Shown: positions 11,489 through 24,425, numbered from the whole stretch's first letter. The stretch is DNA of 63,848 bases, filler included, from Choristocarpus tenellus KU-1152 (GCA_964200185.2; 13 parts of 13 records of this genome joined end to end with filler, not necessarily neighbours in it), one strand, 5' to 3'. Notes: a model not told the origin generated them from the letters alone. Translations and numbers: made by a program.

Positions 11489-13506
11489 ATATACTGAAGA
11501 AATTTACAACTTATGTAAACAATAATAGGCAAGGAATATCAACTGTACCACAATAGCTGCTTACGAGCGGCTGAAAACTGATCTACACAAGGTAGGTATT
11601 GCCCTCAACATGGACAGAATCTTTGATACACCTCCCCAGAGCCACCAACCCACGCCCTCTGAACTAGAACTTGTGGCTACAGGGGGAATCAACCTGGCTC
11701 CAGACCCAAATGGTTTTGTTACACCAGAGGCTCCGGTGGGAACAGATGGATTAATCCAAGCCCACATGGCTGAGGTGTTCAAGACCTCTGGGTCACAAAT
11801 GCTGGCCACGCACCTCAGTGAGAAGGAGGACAAACAAGTAGCCTGGCTCCTCAGCTCCTGGTCCCCCTCTTTCCGCTTAGGCTATTTGGTGAGGGTCTCC
11901 CCCCCCCCACCTGGCACACTTAACCATGGAACAAGCAGACAACATCTCACTGTGGACGCTGGAGAAGATAATGGAGATAGCAGACTCAGAGGGAACCACT
12001 GCCTTTTTTGAAGGGGGGGGGGGGGAAATGGTTCTCTACGTCTGGAGACATACCAACAAGTTCAGGGGAAAGTGCCCACAAGGTTTGGGGGGGTTGGGCC
12101 TATGCTCTATGAAGCATCGCCAGATGCAGCCTTCATAGGATCATTGGTGGCTCTTCTCCCCACCCTTTTGGCAAGGCAATAAGAGCCTCATGGAGAGTCT
12201 TTCTCACAAGCCACCTGTATGAGCCCCACAGTAAGGGTTCTGGGATCGTCTATCCACACCCTCCTCTCAACAGGAGTCCCTTCAGAAGACCTGGCGGAAA
12301 TTATTGGCCAAGGCTGGGTAGCCTGAGGGGAACAACAATCCCCACACGTGCCCCAGAGGTCCACACTCTGGCAGTCCATGATGCCAGGATAGGAGGGCAC
12401 AACACGAGATCACTCCCCTCCTAAAAAGGATCCACTCCGACTCTTTCCGGACGCAATTGGTCAACCTACCCGATGATGTAGAACAAGGGAAGGGAAGTTC
12501 CTCACTAACCCTGGCTCGCCACCAGAGTCAGTGTGGACAAGGGGCAAATGCATGAGCCTCCACACAACCCTTGGAACCAGCATGCCAGATCCCTTCCATA
12601 GAGTTTAGACTCAACCGCCAGCAGATCCCTAGGGAAGGAGGAGGCCGTATCAAACAGGTGCCCAGTGGCTGTGTGCAGGAGGCAAAACGTGGACACAAGA
12701 CATACTTGTATCTGCCCTAGGGCAGGAGGCCAGGTTGGCCAACACACACCAATGGTGAAGTGTCTAGGTAAACTCCGCAAAGGAATGGGCATCCCTTGCA
12801 CTACGGGGGATGGTAGCCCATTCAAAGTGGACCGGAATTTCCGGATGTATCTGGTCTTCCATGCCGAGACTATTGCAGACGCCGGGTCAGCCCCCTACTG
12901 GGACAAAGGCCTCCTTCTGGATGTTACATTTGCAGAAGTGCAAGCAGTCTCCCATCTGCCCCACTCATCCACCACCACTGGTGTAGCTGCTGCTGTTACT
13001 GAGGCATGAAGTCGCACCCACTACGAGGGTTCTTTTGACTCATGTAGTTTTAACCTCAACATCTTCGCATGGAAAGTTTTGGGCGCCTCAGTAAGCAAGC
13101 ATAAAATTTTCTGGATGGGTTGGCGGCGCACACAATAGGGGTAAGAGGGGCGGGGGGCTACAGCAGGAAAGGGGCTGTCAAATCCCGTTCACAGCAGATA
13201 ATGTCCGTCGCAATACAAGTGGCTCTATCAAGACGTGTCATTCGTTTTAAGCTGGAGACACAAGGGCAAGGAGGGGCCTATCAGGTTCTTGGGATGCTTC
13301 CCTACCTCCTCGCCCTGGGTTGTAGGGCTAAGCTAGGCTGGAGGCATAGGAGGGGAATGGTGTAGCATAGCTGGTAGTAAAATAGTAAATAGATGATAGA
13401 ACAAATATATTTCACATTTACGACAACAGTTACTTTTGCAGGGGTTCTGATATTGAATTGACTTTTCATCGGTATTTCCCCTGACACGTCTCCAAAATAT
13501 CACAGG
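11489..13506 (+). mobile_element. Decayed CRE-clade (restriction-like endonuclease) non-LTR retrotransposon, RT domain 5 through 3' UTR
   Basis: Frameshifted peptides: LHKVGIALN (RT6), GFVTPEAPVGTD and DKQVAWLLS..RLGYLVRV (thumb), CRRQNVDTRHTCIC...QH (zinc-knuckle/RH region), FRMYLV and LLLDVT (RLE), then the shared 3' UTR. Confidence 0.75.
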
Positions 13507-14216
13507 AGAATTGTTACAGGCGAATAGTGTGAGCATTTCTCCTCGTGTCCTAACAAGCGCGAGAAATTTACGTGGTTAGTAGCACATAGATACCCTTAAA
13601 GAATAAATGCTGATTCCTTAGAAGATGCAGAGTAAGATTCGTAATGCATACGTGACCTTACAGAAGAAACGTCAAAGTTCCTAAGTTGCGGAATAAAGGT
13701 TTATTATTATTGGAGTATGTATACAGCAGTTTGCAGGTGTCAGTATAAGCCGTAAAGAAATAAAATGTCATAAATGTGAAAAAAAATAACCTATTTGGGA
13801 GGTNNNNNNNNNNNNNNNNNNNNNNNNNNNNNNNNNNNNNNNNNNNNTTAATTAATTAANNNNNNNNNNNNNNNNNNNNNNNNNNNNNNNNNNNNNNNNN
13901 NNNCGCGCGCGCGCGCGTAGGTGTGTGTGTGCGTGTGCGTGTGCGACAAGCATACTTGGTGTGCAATTTGTGGGAGTTGAAACAATAGGTTGAGAAAAGA
14001 TGGGCGTTTGGATGTACAAGGCTGCTCTTGCTCAGTTTAGTTGCAAATGGACTAGGAGATTCACCTTCCATCTGGGATAGGTTGTGCAATCAAATACTAT
14101 TTTCAAAAACTGCCAACCGGCAACATAAACATTGCTACATCCTCGTCTACAACCTCCCCACCCTCGTACACTATCAACTCTACCACCTCAAGACCAACCT
14201 GGTTTATTCCTCACAC

Positions 14217-15514
14217 CTGTACAGGACAGCTCCCGCACCACCTGGCCCAGGGTTTCCCCTTGACCCCCCGTCAAATTGCATTAGGTACCTCATTGAAGCT
14301 GCTGAGACTGGAGGCTTTGGGTCTCCTATAGCTGTGGCATTTGTGACGTCGAAAGTACACTTACTTGCAACCTCGTCAAACCCAACCCCTTGAGACTTTC
14401 TATCATGGGTCACTCCCCTTTGCATAAAATTGTCTTCATTTGCTGCGATGGGGGGTGCGGGAATCGATTTAGGTGTCTATCGTGATACACTATGTGGGCA
14501 TTGGTCAGAAACTGATGTTTTTTTCTGAATAAAGGAAGTGCAGTGTGTTGCTCAGCGATCTACACGAACCATATGCAGCATGCGAGTAATTTGACTTCAC
14601 GTACCAATGCAGAATAAGCAGTACCAATGCAGAATAAGCAGTACCGCAGCGGGTGAATCTTACCTAACACAGTAGCAACCCTTGTCATTGCCACCAAACA
14701 ATAGTCAAAAGGTCTAACAAGTGTTCAACACCAACGAGAGTGGAAGCCGGGAAAGATATGACAGGGCGTGGCTCCCCCCGGTTTTCCAATCAGGCTAAAG
14801 TAGTTTTTCGGGGAACCAAAAAGGGAGTCGGCCTTCTGCCCAAGCCCGTCCTACACAGCCCAAAAATAATCCTCATCTCACCAGCGATCAGCTTTGTGAT
14901 GAGCTCAGGTTTTTTCCCTGTGGTATCTATCCCTCGCTCCTCAAGCTCACACCTGATATCTGCTACTCTCATTCTTCTTATATGCGTACGTGTGAGAGCA
15001 TCAACCATTCTAAGACTGGGACGTCTGGAGATGACAGCCCTGTAGCAATATTGAACAGGGAGGAGGTATAAGTGAGACAGGGGAGAGGGGTCAAGGTAAA
15101 AGAGGACTGCATTCCAAAGATGACTATCATCGTGTGCATAGCCTGCGCATCTCCGGGTGCAAAATGAAGATATAAGCACGGGATGACTAGATGTCTGGAA
15201 GGAGGGGATCGTTGGGTCGAAGTTACCCTCTCCTATAGCCCAATATTTGCTTATGGCGATGCTCTTGAAACCAAATCTAACGTAAATACAATGGAGGAAA
15301 GTGTGCTTGGTGGGTTAATAGATGGCTCAACTGTGTCTCATCCCTTGTCAAGTTTGCCTTTTTCCAGGAAGACTCACCCATACGAATACGAGGAACGGCA
15401 GCCCTTTGATACATTATTCAGCGCTACCCTCAGGAATCCTGATGACACGGCCATTACAACGCACAATAGAAGCAAGAATAGAGAGCGACACCTTCCCGAA
15501 GTCGCATCAAACAT
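14217..15514 (-). CDS. Ribonuclease HI with N-terminal bipartite presequence and SAP domain; exons 15514-15378, 15039-14882, 14476-14217 (3' part outside contig)
   Basis: Exon 1-2 join is phase-consistent; IRRMRVADIRCELEERGIDTTGKKPELITKL is a SAP consensus; YLMQFDGGSRGNPGPGGAGAVL is RNase HI motif 1. The exon 2-3 phases (1 vs 0) do not match, so an exon or splice site is missing from my model. Confidence 0.7.
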
Positions 15515-16445
15515 AGGTTTATTGTCCTGTTGATGTGAAACACGATGTTGACCTCTACGAGGTCTGTTCACAAGAATTGGTATTGAGAACCAACGTGTAC
15601 CAGTTCTGCGCGCTCGGCGAAATTCTCACGCATTTTGAAACTATACAAAGTTGAAAAGCGAAACTGTGATGATGAAATTTGAAATGTATAAAGTGATAAT
15701 AATGATGGATAGGTCCGTGGTCCTGTAGATCTTACGATTAATAATAGAGGTGTGTTGTCTTCAAAACCAGTGTGTGAGGGCTTGTTGCTACGTGCCAATC
15801 ACTCAAAGTTCCGTAGATGGGGATAGTTGGCAGCAAATCGTCGGTATCGTTTGGAATTTCCTCCTCCCGTAATCTGGAGACTTTCCAACATACAGCTTGC
15901 AAGGACGATCAGTAGTGGACCATAGTTAGCCTGTGGCTTGACCCCATCTTCATCATGGTCACAGCAAGAATGATACGTGATGCCACAGCAGCCAGGTATG
16001 CTCAGGAAACATCTCTCGAAGCAAGCTACGCAGAGGTTGTCAATCCTTCAGAAGCTGCAAGGAAAATGGTGATGAGTCGACTCCGTTCAGGTGAAGACTA
16101 TACACCACAGTCTTGATACTAACGACCAGAAGCAAGTCCCTCCTCTTGCCACGGTCACCTACTTGTTGATCTTTTCAAGGTGATAGTATTCGCTTCTTCT
16201 ACGGATGCGTCTGCCATAGCTAGAATGTCATTGTAGATCATTCCATCAGACCGAAATGCCTGCACTCTAACTCGAAATAAGACTGATAATAGTGTAAGCA
16301 AGCATGGTAGTTTCTTTGCCTCTTACCCTTGGTCCCTCGTGTTCCATGGGCAACACACGATCGTCTGGGAATCGCCAATGCAAGGAGGAACTACTCCTTC
16401 TCCGAAGGAGACGAGACAGCGACAGAAAGTGAGTGGGCTAGCAGA

Positions 16446-16807
16446 GAGCCAAACCAATTGAGAGGTAGGCATGTTTGGACCCTTACGCACTCTAAGCCAC
16501 CTTTCTTGCCCTGTGCAATACACTCCATTTCATCGCTTATGAGCACATTAGTTTATGAAATAAATATCTTCACCCTTTACACGTACAAGGTGACACCAAA
16601 AAAAATTCCCAAGGCTCTTTCTCCAAGAATCGCAATTGCACAAAATGACATTAGAAATTGATATTCACCCTACACATACAAGGTGACACAAAAAATTCTC
16701 GCAAAGGCTCTTTCTGGAAGAATTGCAATTGTAGAAAATGAAGACTTTCTTCCCTTTCTCAGGATCCTTAAAATGCTACCTTGCCTACCTCTCAGTTGGT
16801 TTAACTC
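16446..16807 (+). mobile_element. MITE family C with internal tandem duplication
   Basis: TIRs GAGCCAAACCAATTGAGAGGTAGGCA / TGCCTACCTCTCAGTTGGTTTAACTC; flanks AGA/AGT; internal direct repeat of about 85 bp at 16565 and 16661; second copy at 20844. Confidence 0.75.
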
Positions 16808-17345
16808 AGTGCAATGTCCACGGTTTTTCGAAGATGTAACTGTGCAATGAAGTTTCCCAGTGCTGAGGAAATGTATCATTTCCACCTGACGAGATACACC
16901 TGCTTGGCTCTTCAGTTTAGAAACAATAGCTATATTGCAATGGTTCGTTGAGCATTAACATGTAAACAGAATTGGTGTAACTCAGTATTCACGAGATATA
17001 GCACTGGACTACTTCTGTAGAGGTGATCATACGACAGGTGCAAATAGTATACAGCAGTGCTTGCTCTGCGGTAGTTGATTCGCCATGTGTGACAGGTATT
17101 GATCATGTCAAATCAAGTTCATCTTACCACCATTAGAAAGCAGTCTCTACTGTGTGCCTGACTGAGTGGCTTTTCCATGGGTACAGATGCTGTTCTTCCC
17201 TGGTATGACTTTATTGTAGGCGAATCAGAAAAAATTGCATCCATTTCTCCGATGTTTTTGTGTCATAAGTTTAGGAGTGTCTGTACTCCCTCGATACTGA
17301 GTATGATCACATAATCCCGCTACACTATATTCTGCAGTCTAAAGT

Positions 17346-17496
17346 TGCTCAAAGTATCTGGGGGGGGGGGGGCGGCTGTCCATTTTGGACCAATTTTTTC
17401 ATGTCTTGATTTTTGGGTGATTTGGTTCCATACGTAGGATGGATAATGAAAGCGCGCTTTTCCTGGTTTTGGTCCAAATGGACACTCTGATGTAGA
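17346..17496 (+). mobile_element. MITE family A, right TIR missing
   Basis: TGCTCAAAGTATCTGGGG... followed by the family A internal sequence to tgtaga. Confidence 0.8.
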
Positions 17497-17780
17497 GCAC
17501 GCCAGGCGCCAGACCCTCCCCCTGCTCCCCTCGACCGTTTCTTGCAACTGTACGCGGAAGATAACTTNNNNNNNNNNNNNNNNNNNNNNNNNNNNNNNNN
17601 NNNNNNNNNNNTTAATTAATTAANNNNNNNNNNNNNNNNNNNNNNNNNNNNNNNNNNNNNNNNNNNNTTGAGGCCGCTACGCAAGGGGGCAAAAACAGGG
17701 GCCCACCCCCCTCCCCCCCCCCCCCAGATACTCCTAGCCAAGGCCATTGCAAACACCCTCAACCTTGTCTGTTGTATCAG

Positions 17781-18862
17781 GTTCTGAGTGAGGATGATTT
17801 GGCCAAGGATACTATTCCAACCATGCCGGGTACAGACATCACAGAAGCAGTGGTTGCTCCATTCCATTTTGTCCTTCCTCAGCAAGTTGTCAAGACCGCC
17901 AGAGCCCGGGCAGGTCATGTCAATCCAGATACAGAGAGGAAGGTAAGCCATTGAAATCCTTGAAGTGAGGTCATTTGGGGAGAAAATCGTGGGAAGGTGA
18001 AGATGTGTTGCACTTTGGATAGATATTCCTAGTATTGGTGATTAGTACTTGGGCATTTTTTTTTTTTTTTTAATTGAGATGCAGCATCTCACACCTGGAC
18101 TGTATGCAGTAGTTGATAAGTTAAGGGACCAGACATGTTTAAACATGCCTCATAAAATCATGCTCATGCTCATGCTCGATTTTATGTGTTGCCTTTCCCA
18201 TCAAGGCCATCAAGGCTACTGCTTCAGGACTGCTTAGTGCTGATGACAGCAGGTCTGATGTTTTAGACCCTGAAGACACTAAGTCCAAAATGTTAGACCT
18301 TGAAGAGGAGAATGCTCGTCTGCGTCATGCAGCTGAACTGCATGTCAGGGAGATGGAGGCACTGCGGAATCAGGTGCTGTACTGTAGTTCACCTTTCCCC
18401 CTCCAGCACATGTCAAGTTTGGGTTTTGTGGAATTTGTTAATCTATTCTACGTGTATTATATTCACACGATTTGGCTATGATAGGCAGCACACGTCCTTA
18501 AGTTTTTTCAGTCAACAGGACGGAAATAGGGGTGTGGTCAAGAGTGGCTTTAATCATAAAGTCTGTTGTCAATAGGGCACCCAATTCATTGATAATAATG
18601 ATGTAGTTCTTCACTTAATCCCTTCACAATTCTTTCCCACTTTTTACAGTCTCAGGGACTGAGTCGGAATGACAGTTACGCCAGTGGAAAGTCCCGTCCG
18701 CTTCATCCTTGGGGTAGGGACGCTCGCAGAGCCGACCTAGATCGCTCAGAATTGTTGGAGCCACTTAATGAAGCCGACCCTCCGTCCTTCTTTGACCGTG
18801 CCAGAGAAGAGTATGAGGCAATCACTTCAGCTGATGGACCTTCATTCTTTGATAAAGCATAG
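17781..18862 (+). CDS. Last three exons of an unknown protein with a short coiled coil (17781-17942, 18206-18373, 18650-18862)
   Basis: Three AG/GT-bounded phase-0 exons forming one frame ending ...ADGPSFFDKA*; LDLEEENARLRHAAELHVREMEALRNQ is coiled-coil-like. Confidence 0.65.
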
Positions 18863-20843
18863 TGAGGAGAGTGGGGCTGAGTAGGAGACCCATTAAGAGA
18901 ACTTGTGTGAGGTTTATGGAGGGGGTCCTAGTACCGGGGCACGAAAGAATTATACTAATTTTATCTTGTTCTCCCTCTGGTCAGTTAAACTCATTGTGCC
19001 ACCCATGTAGTATGTCAGTCCCTCACTTGATGCTTGCTGTGAGAAGGGTTTGGTGCCTTAAGCAAGGTGTGTTGAAGTGTGTTATGATTGAACACTTCAC
19101 CCTATTTGTGGTGGAATGATTGCTGCATGACGAGAACACCTTCAGGTTCAAGCCTGTACAAATGTCGCTTGTTTTCTGTACATAATGTGTATATGTACTA
19201 GATGTGGCCTGGGTCTGAATTTTGAGGAAAACAGTCACGATATAGGGAGTGCTAGTGATTCCGACTACATTCCTGGAGGCAATGGCAGGTGTTTTATGAC
19301 CTGTGGTGCGCTGCAGTTCAGGCCGTATAGGGTAATAAACTTGAAGTCTGGCTGTAGTGATATATGACTTTATTTGTACCATTCTTGTACTCACATGATA
19401 TCCAAGTCATGTCTGTATGAAATCATGGTCCTTTTTTCCCACTCCTGTTCGTTTTTTGTTCTGGTTGTATGCTAATTGATCCTGTGTGCAAAACAACTGT
19501 TTGTTGTACATTGAAGGTCTGTTGACCTCGTTCAGTCGAATTTATCTGTTGCTACTACTTGAACCCCATTCAAAATTGTTCAGGGTGATTGCAATTGCTC
19601 CTTATGGTAGCACATAGGAACGTTTTTAAAGGTCAATGTTGTGTGGAGGATAACAAGAACATTTCGTTAAGAGTTTTGTTTCACTCACTATACTTATCGC
19701 AAGGATAATGTAATGTACAATCAATACCAAGCTTTTCCTGCTCTTCAGCAAAGGTTTTGTGGTCAAGAGCAAAGCTTGGTATGGCATTCTTCTGAATAGG
19801 TAGTGTTTTGCTTCTTCAATTCTAAAAGGTACAGAGGTAGTTATCTGGAGAACATTTATTTTGATCGTAGTGGAAAAACTGAGAGCGGATCTGTAAGAGA
19901 GGATAAGATTCGTGACAGGTCAGTAAATTATCCTCCTTTAGTCACGCTTGCTGTAGAAAAGATATTCGTCGAGCGATAGGTGAGGGTCGTAGCCATAGTT
20001 TTCCTTCCTTTAGTGTTTCTAGTATGTGTGCGTTGCACCTTAAAACATTGTTACTAAGAGATAATTATTTTGCAGAACATAAAGCACTAAGAAAAGTGTT
20101 TTGGCACTTTGCAAGTTGGAAGACATAATAAGGTTGCTCCACACAGACACAGTGAAACTAGAGGCGCCAAGCATTTACACCAGTGAGATATTGATCAGCC
20201 AGAGTAGACCTGTTGCAGGTTATATTACATGCCAGCCTCGTTGGTAACAGATTTTGCCACTATTGGCCCTCCTACAAATCAAAATCAATCTAGTGGCTGC
20301 ACAAAGTTAAAGAGGTAATGTTGTAAAGTGTTTCACCTGCCAAATTGGCAAAAGATACGAAATGCCAAGGATAGAAGCAGGTCGCTTGAGTAGCATTTTT
20401 TTGTAGTGGCACCTACAAAGATGTCATAATCACTGTTTATTACAAAAACTGTTGAAAACCGTTTTTGTAAGTTCACCTGACAGTTGACTCAATCTACCAA
20501 CAGTAGAAGGCTTACTTCAGCAGTAACACTTATTCTTTGCAAGTTGCACAAGAAACGTTCAAAGCTATCTTTTACCAAGCACAAAACACATGCAGGAGTA
20601 CTTCGTAATAGTTACATCTATATTGCCTAGCACAATTTTTAATTCTCTTAATGCGCCCTCGACCAGGGAGAATCTTTTAGCCATTCTAAACTGCAAGTTT
20701 AAAGAGACGTGAGGTATTCGGAGCAGCTTGACAGCCAGTACGGTCACTGCAGAGACCCCTACCTTAAAATGTCGTCCAACCACCCATTCCCCCTAGCCAA
20801 CTTCAGGACGGAAAGCAGCAACAGTAATATAATGATAATAAGT

Positions 20844-21097
20844 GAGCCGAACAATTGAGATGTAGGCAAGGTTACATTTAAAGGATCCCGAGAGAGGGTA
20901 AGTTGACACCATTCTGTACAATTGGAGAAACAGCCCTGGTGAATTGTGGTGGCTCTTTGTGTGGAAAGGGGGAATATGAATTTTGAGTACACTATTGTGC
21001 AGATAGTCCAACGAAATGGTGCATTGCACAGGATAAGAAAAGATAGATTAGAATGCAAAAGGGTTCAAACCTGCCAACCTCTCAATTGGTTAGACTC
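20844..21097 (-). mobile_element. MITE family C, single-unit copy (about 254 bp), inverted relative to 16446
   Basis: GAGCCGAACAATTGAGATGTAGGCA...TGCCAACCTCTCAATTGGTTAGACTC; the interior matches the reverse complement of the 16446 copy. Confidence 0.7.
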
Positions 21098-21581
21098 AAA
21101 TTTCAATCACTACCCAGAGAAACAAGTGTTTGAGGCAGTCAACTGCAGACAGAGCACCAAAATATGAAAAAAAGACGTTCCAGTCCATTTTTTATTCAAC
21201 TACAACCAGATCAGGAGGGCATGATAACAATAGTACAGAGAAAGAACAGTTGTTGCCCCCCAGTATTATTATCTAGATCAGACACAGAGATTATATACTA
21301 CTATAAATATAATTAACCAATTATGGAGGATCTTACGTAGTTGGAGGATTAATGATATAAGTAGTGCTTTTCTTTTTCTTACTCGGTCAGCTATTTCGTT
21401 TCTGCGCCACATGGGTCTTCCCACAGCAATGAGAGAGGAGGTTGAAGTCTGCTGACTGTACAAAGGTAGGTGGAAGCCTACTGTAAGGACCTTACTGAAG
21501 AAAGCCTGCCACACATCAGCGGGCTCAATTTTCCCTTCTACCAGCCTTGTAGTCCACATACATGCTGCGAGTCAGGGATTA

Positions 21582-21838
21582 GAGTGAAAGTATCTTAGAG
21601 GGTACGAGTTTTGCCCTGTTTGTCCATTTGGGGCTTGGCTTCCCTCAAGGTTTTCATGACATTTTCCTACTCCAAAATATTTCGGGGTAGGTAAGATGTA
21701 TACGTTATGACAAGATGTGCCCGAACAAGGATATTGACGCTTACTAACAAACACGATAGTCAAAATTACATCAAAATCGCAACGTTGGATTTTGGCCCCC
21801 AAATGGATGCGGCTCTACCCTCTAAGATACTTACACTA
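21582..21838 (+). mobile_element. MITE family B (about 257 bp)
   Basis: TIRs GAGTGAAAGTATCTTAGAGGGTA / TACCCTCTAAGATACTTACACTA; colinear with 25282 and the reverse of 23234. Confidence 0.85.
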
Positions 21839-22632
21839 GACGTGGTCAGAATAATTAGGTTCAAGCAACAAAGGAAGCGAGACCTCTTATGAATGACTTG
21901 GCTGGGGTCGATGTAGAGCTGCACAATTTTCCAACCACATTTTCCTGCAATAAAACGGGAACATAAACCTACTTTACCACCTTACAACCCTTTCTACAGT
22001 CACAACGCCAACATTTTCAATTTATTTCCGCACAGATATAACATTGCTTCTGTATTTCTGCTAAGCTATGTTTTTGGCCATGAGCAATGCTTGGTCAGAC
22101 ACAGAGGCAGGGAGTTGAGTGGCACTCCCAGGGAGGCATTTATTTATTGATCGTACCATGATTTCTCACCACCTCCAACAACATGACATGATATGTATGG
22201 TCTCCGACATTTTACATGGGACCACGGTGTATTAGGAACGAAGAGAGGGTGGGTGGGAGAGCACCAGCGCCCAGGCCACATACGCTGTCTAATACTTTGC
22301 TGCGACACTTCCTTTTTGTCATACCATAAAATAGCAAGTGCGTAAAAATACATTCTTAAAAAAGATGCTATGAATCACATCAATTCATATAGCCACTCCA
22401 ACATCTGCACACAGGTGAGCAACTCACAGCCAAGCGAGGGAAAATGTGTCATCCGCATGCAAAACGATATAAAAAAATATGCATTCCGACACCGCCAATT
22501 CAACAAGGGAGAGCATGTCACACCAGGAAGTATAAATTCATTTGTAAATAGCAATAACAACACTCCACGCAGATATTCTACGACCTTTGGAAATAACGTT
22601 CAGCTCAGTCAAAGGGCCCTGGGTTACACAGT

Positions 22633-24425
22633 CTAGCTTTTTGCATGCTTGACCCCAGCCTTACCTCCTCCACTTTGCTTTACCTTTTTGTTGTCTACAT
22701 TTCTATCTCGTTGCACTTTTCCCTTCCTCCCCGTCCTCTCTTTCACAGTTCTGGTGAAAAGGTTGTTCGCTGGAGCATCTACGCTGTTTGAGGATGAGAC
22801 CTTCTCAAGGAGAACCTCTAGCGGCCGTTGTCCTTCGAAGAAACGGAGGAAGGGCTGGGTGGTGCCTGGACAAGGGAAGATGAGGTCGAATCCCCCACTG
22901 CGTCTTTGCTCATCCTGACTCTCAGCGACTATTGCAGCTGCCTGGTACAGGGAATTTGTAGAGGGGTAGGTTAAGGTTGGAGATGGAATGGTCGTGAGGA
23001 AGGAAGGGGCAGAATGTAAGGGTCAAGCTGATAAGAAGCAAACTTTTATGATGAATGCTTTCCGGAATGCAATGTCCATTGTAGTACACACTGAACATCA
23101 CAGCAGGGGATGGTACCGAGATTGAGGGTTTGATTATATTTGGGTGAATGCACTCTATTCGCTCAATGTGACCTACAGGTAATTCTATTGGCCGATATAT
23201 ATTTTTGTGTGCTGTATCGATGGTGCTCTCATTGTGTTGGAGTAACTTACAGGGTAGAGCCGCCTTCATTTGGAGGCCAAAATCCAATGTTGCAATTTTG
23301 ATGTAATTTTGGATATCATGTTTGGTAGGAGATATCAATATCCTTGTTTCGAACACACCTTTTCATAACGTACAAATTTACATACTCCGAAACATTCTGG
23401 AGAAGGTAAAATTTAATTATAAACCCGTGGGAGGTCAAGCCACAAATGGACAAACAGGGAAAATCTCGTACCCTCCAAGATACTTTCACTCATTACTAGC
23501 ATGAAAAGTATGATTCGCAGGCTTGACCCAAACCAGTGATTAAGCGTGTAGGGGTGTGAGGTTTTGTCTTTTCACCCAAGGGAGTTGGTACTACATGTAA
23601 AGTGCAATTACATCTCTTAACATGATTCAAGTTAGTTCTTCAAAGAATGGGGACACATAAAGAGCATGTAGGATTGGGCTATGAGCCATCTAGCTCTTCA
23701 AAACGCGGAACTGACATAACATAAGCATAGAGATTTATACAGCATTCAATAGAGCTCCAGATGTGTTAGGAACCATGTGCAAAAAACCCCTTGTATTATA
23801 CCTCTTGTTTGTCAATCAGCGGACCTTGAACACCTGGTTGGTGTTGTTGGTATTATGTTTGAGCAGCACACAGCGTTCTACTCCCACTTAGAGCTCTGAG
23901 TTATTCAAGAGCTTCAGCATAGGTCTCTACATACGAATGTCTAGACCCACACACAAACACACACATAAGCCAAGAAATCAAACTAGTTCTTACATCCACA
24001 GCACAAACATTTTCCCCCACCTCAGACTCTGAAGTAACCCCCTTCATATCTGACATGCTGGAAGATCCCTCCCATGCCGGCGCAGCCTCAAACTCCCCAG
24101 TACCAACACCCACACGAGCTCCAACCTTTCCCATTACCCCTCCTCTACTCTCCCTGTGGTGATGCAAGTGGTTGGGGTATCCTGCACGACCTTCCGAGCT
24201 TAAGGGTGGGGTGTTTGGATTTTGACCTTCCCTCTGTTTGTCACCCTTTTTGCCTTTTGTACTGGAGGTGTATTTGGTGTTGTTGTGTTTGGGCAAATGG
24301 CCAGATGCTGAGTAAAGCGAAGAGGTAGAGGTAAGAGGTTTAGCAGAGGAGGAGGAGGAGGAGGACGAGGTGGAAGAGGAGAGGTATCCCTTGACTCCGA
24401 TGAGGGTAAGCAGATCTGCGATCAC
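22633..24425 (-). CDS. Tubulin tyrosine ligase-like (TTLL4/5-type polyglutamylase) C-terminal exons (24425-24021, 22941 to 22665 or 22633)
   Basis: VIADLLTLIGV matches the end of the TTL core; ESQDEQRRSGGFDLIFP...FLRFFEGQRPLEVLL matches the ExxRxGxFxxIFP post-core motif; phase-0 join. Confidence 0.65.
23234..23491 (-). mobile_element. MITE family B, intronic, TSD ATT
   Basis: Reverse-complement copy of 21582/25282; ATT at 23231-23233 and 23492-23494. Confidence 0.85.

Noticed and set aside
14601-14645. Small local tandem duplications (20 bp here; 22 bp at about 50070; about 55 bp at 56535/56650) and CA/CG/poly-G runs
   Set aside because: Ordinary slippage-type duplications and microsatellites with no further structure.
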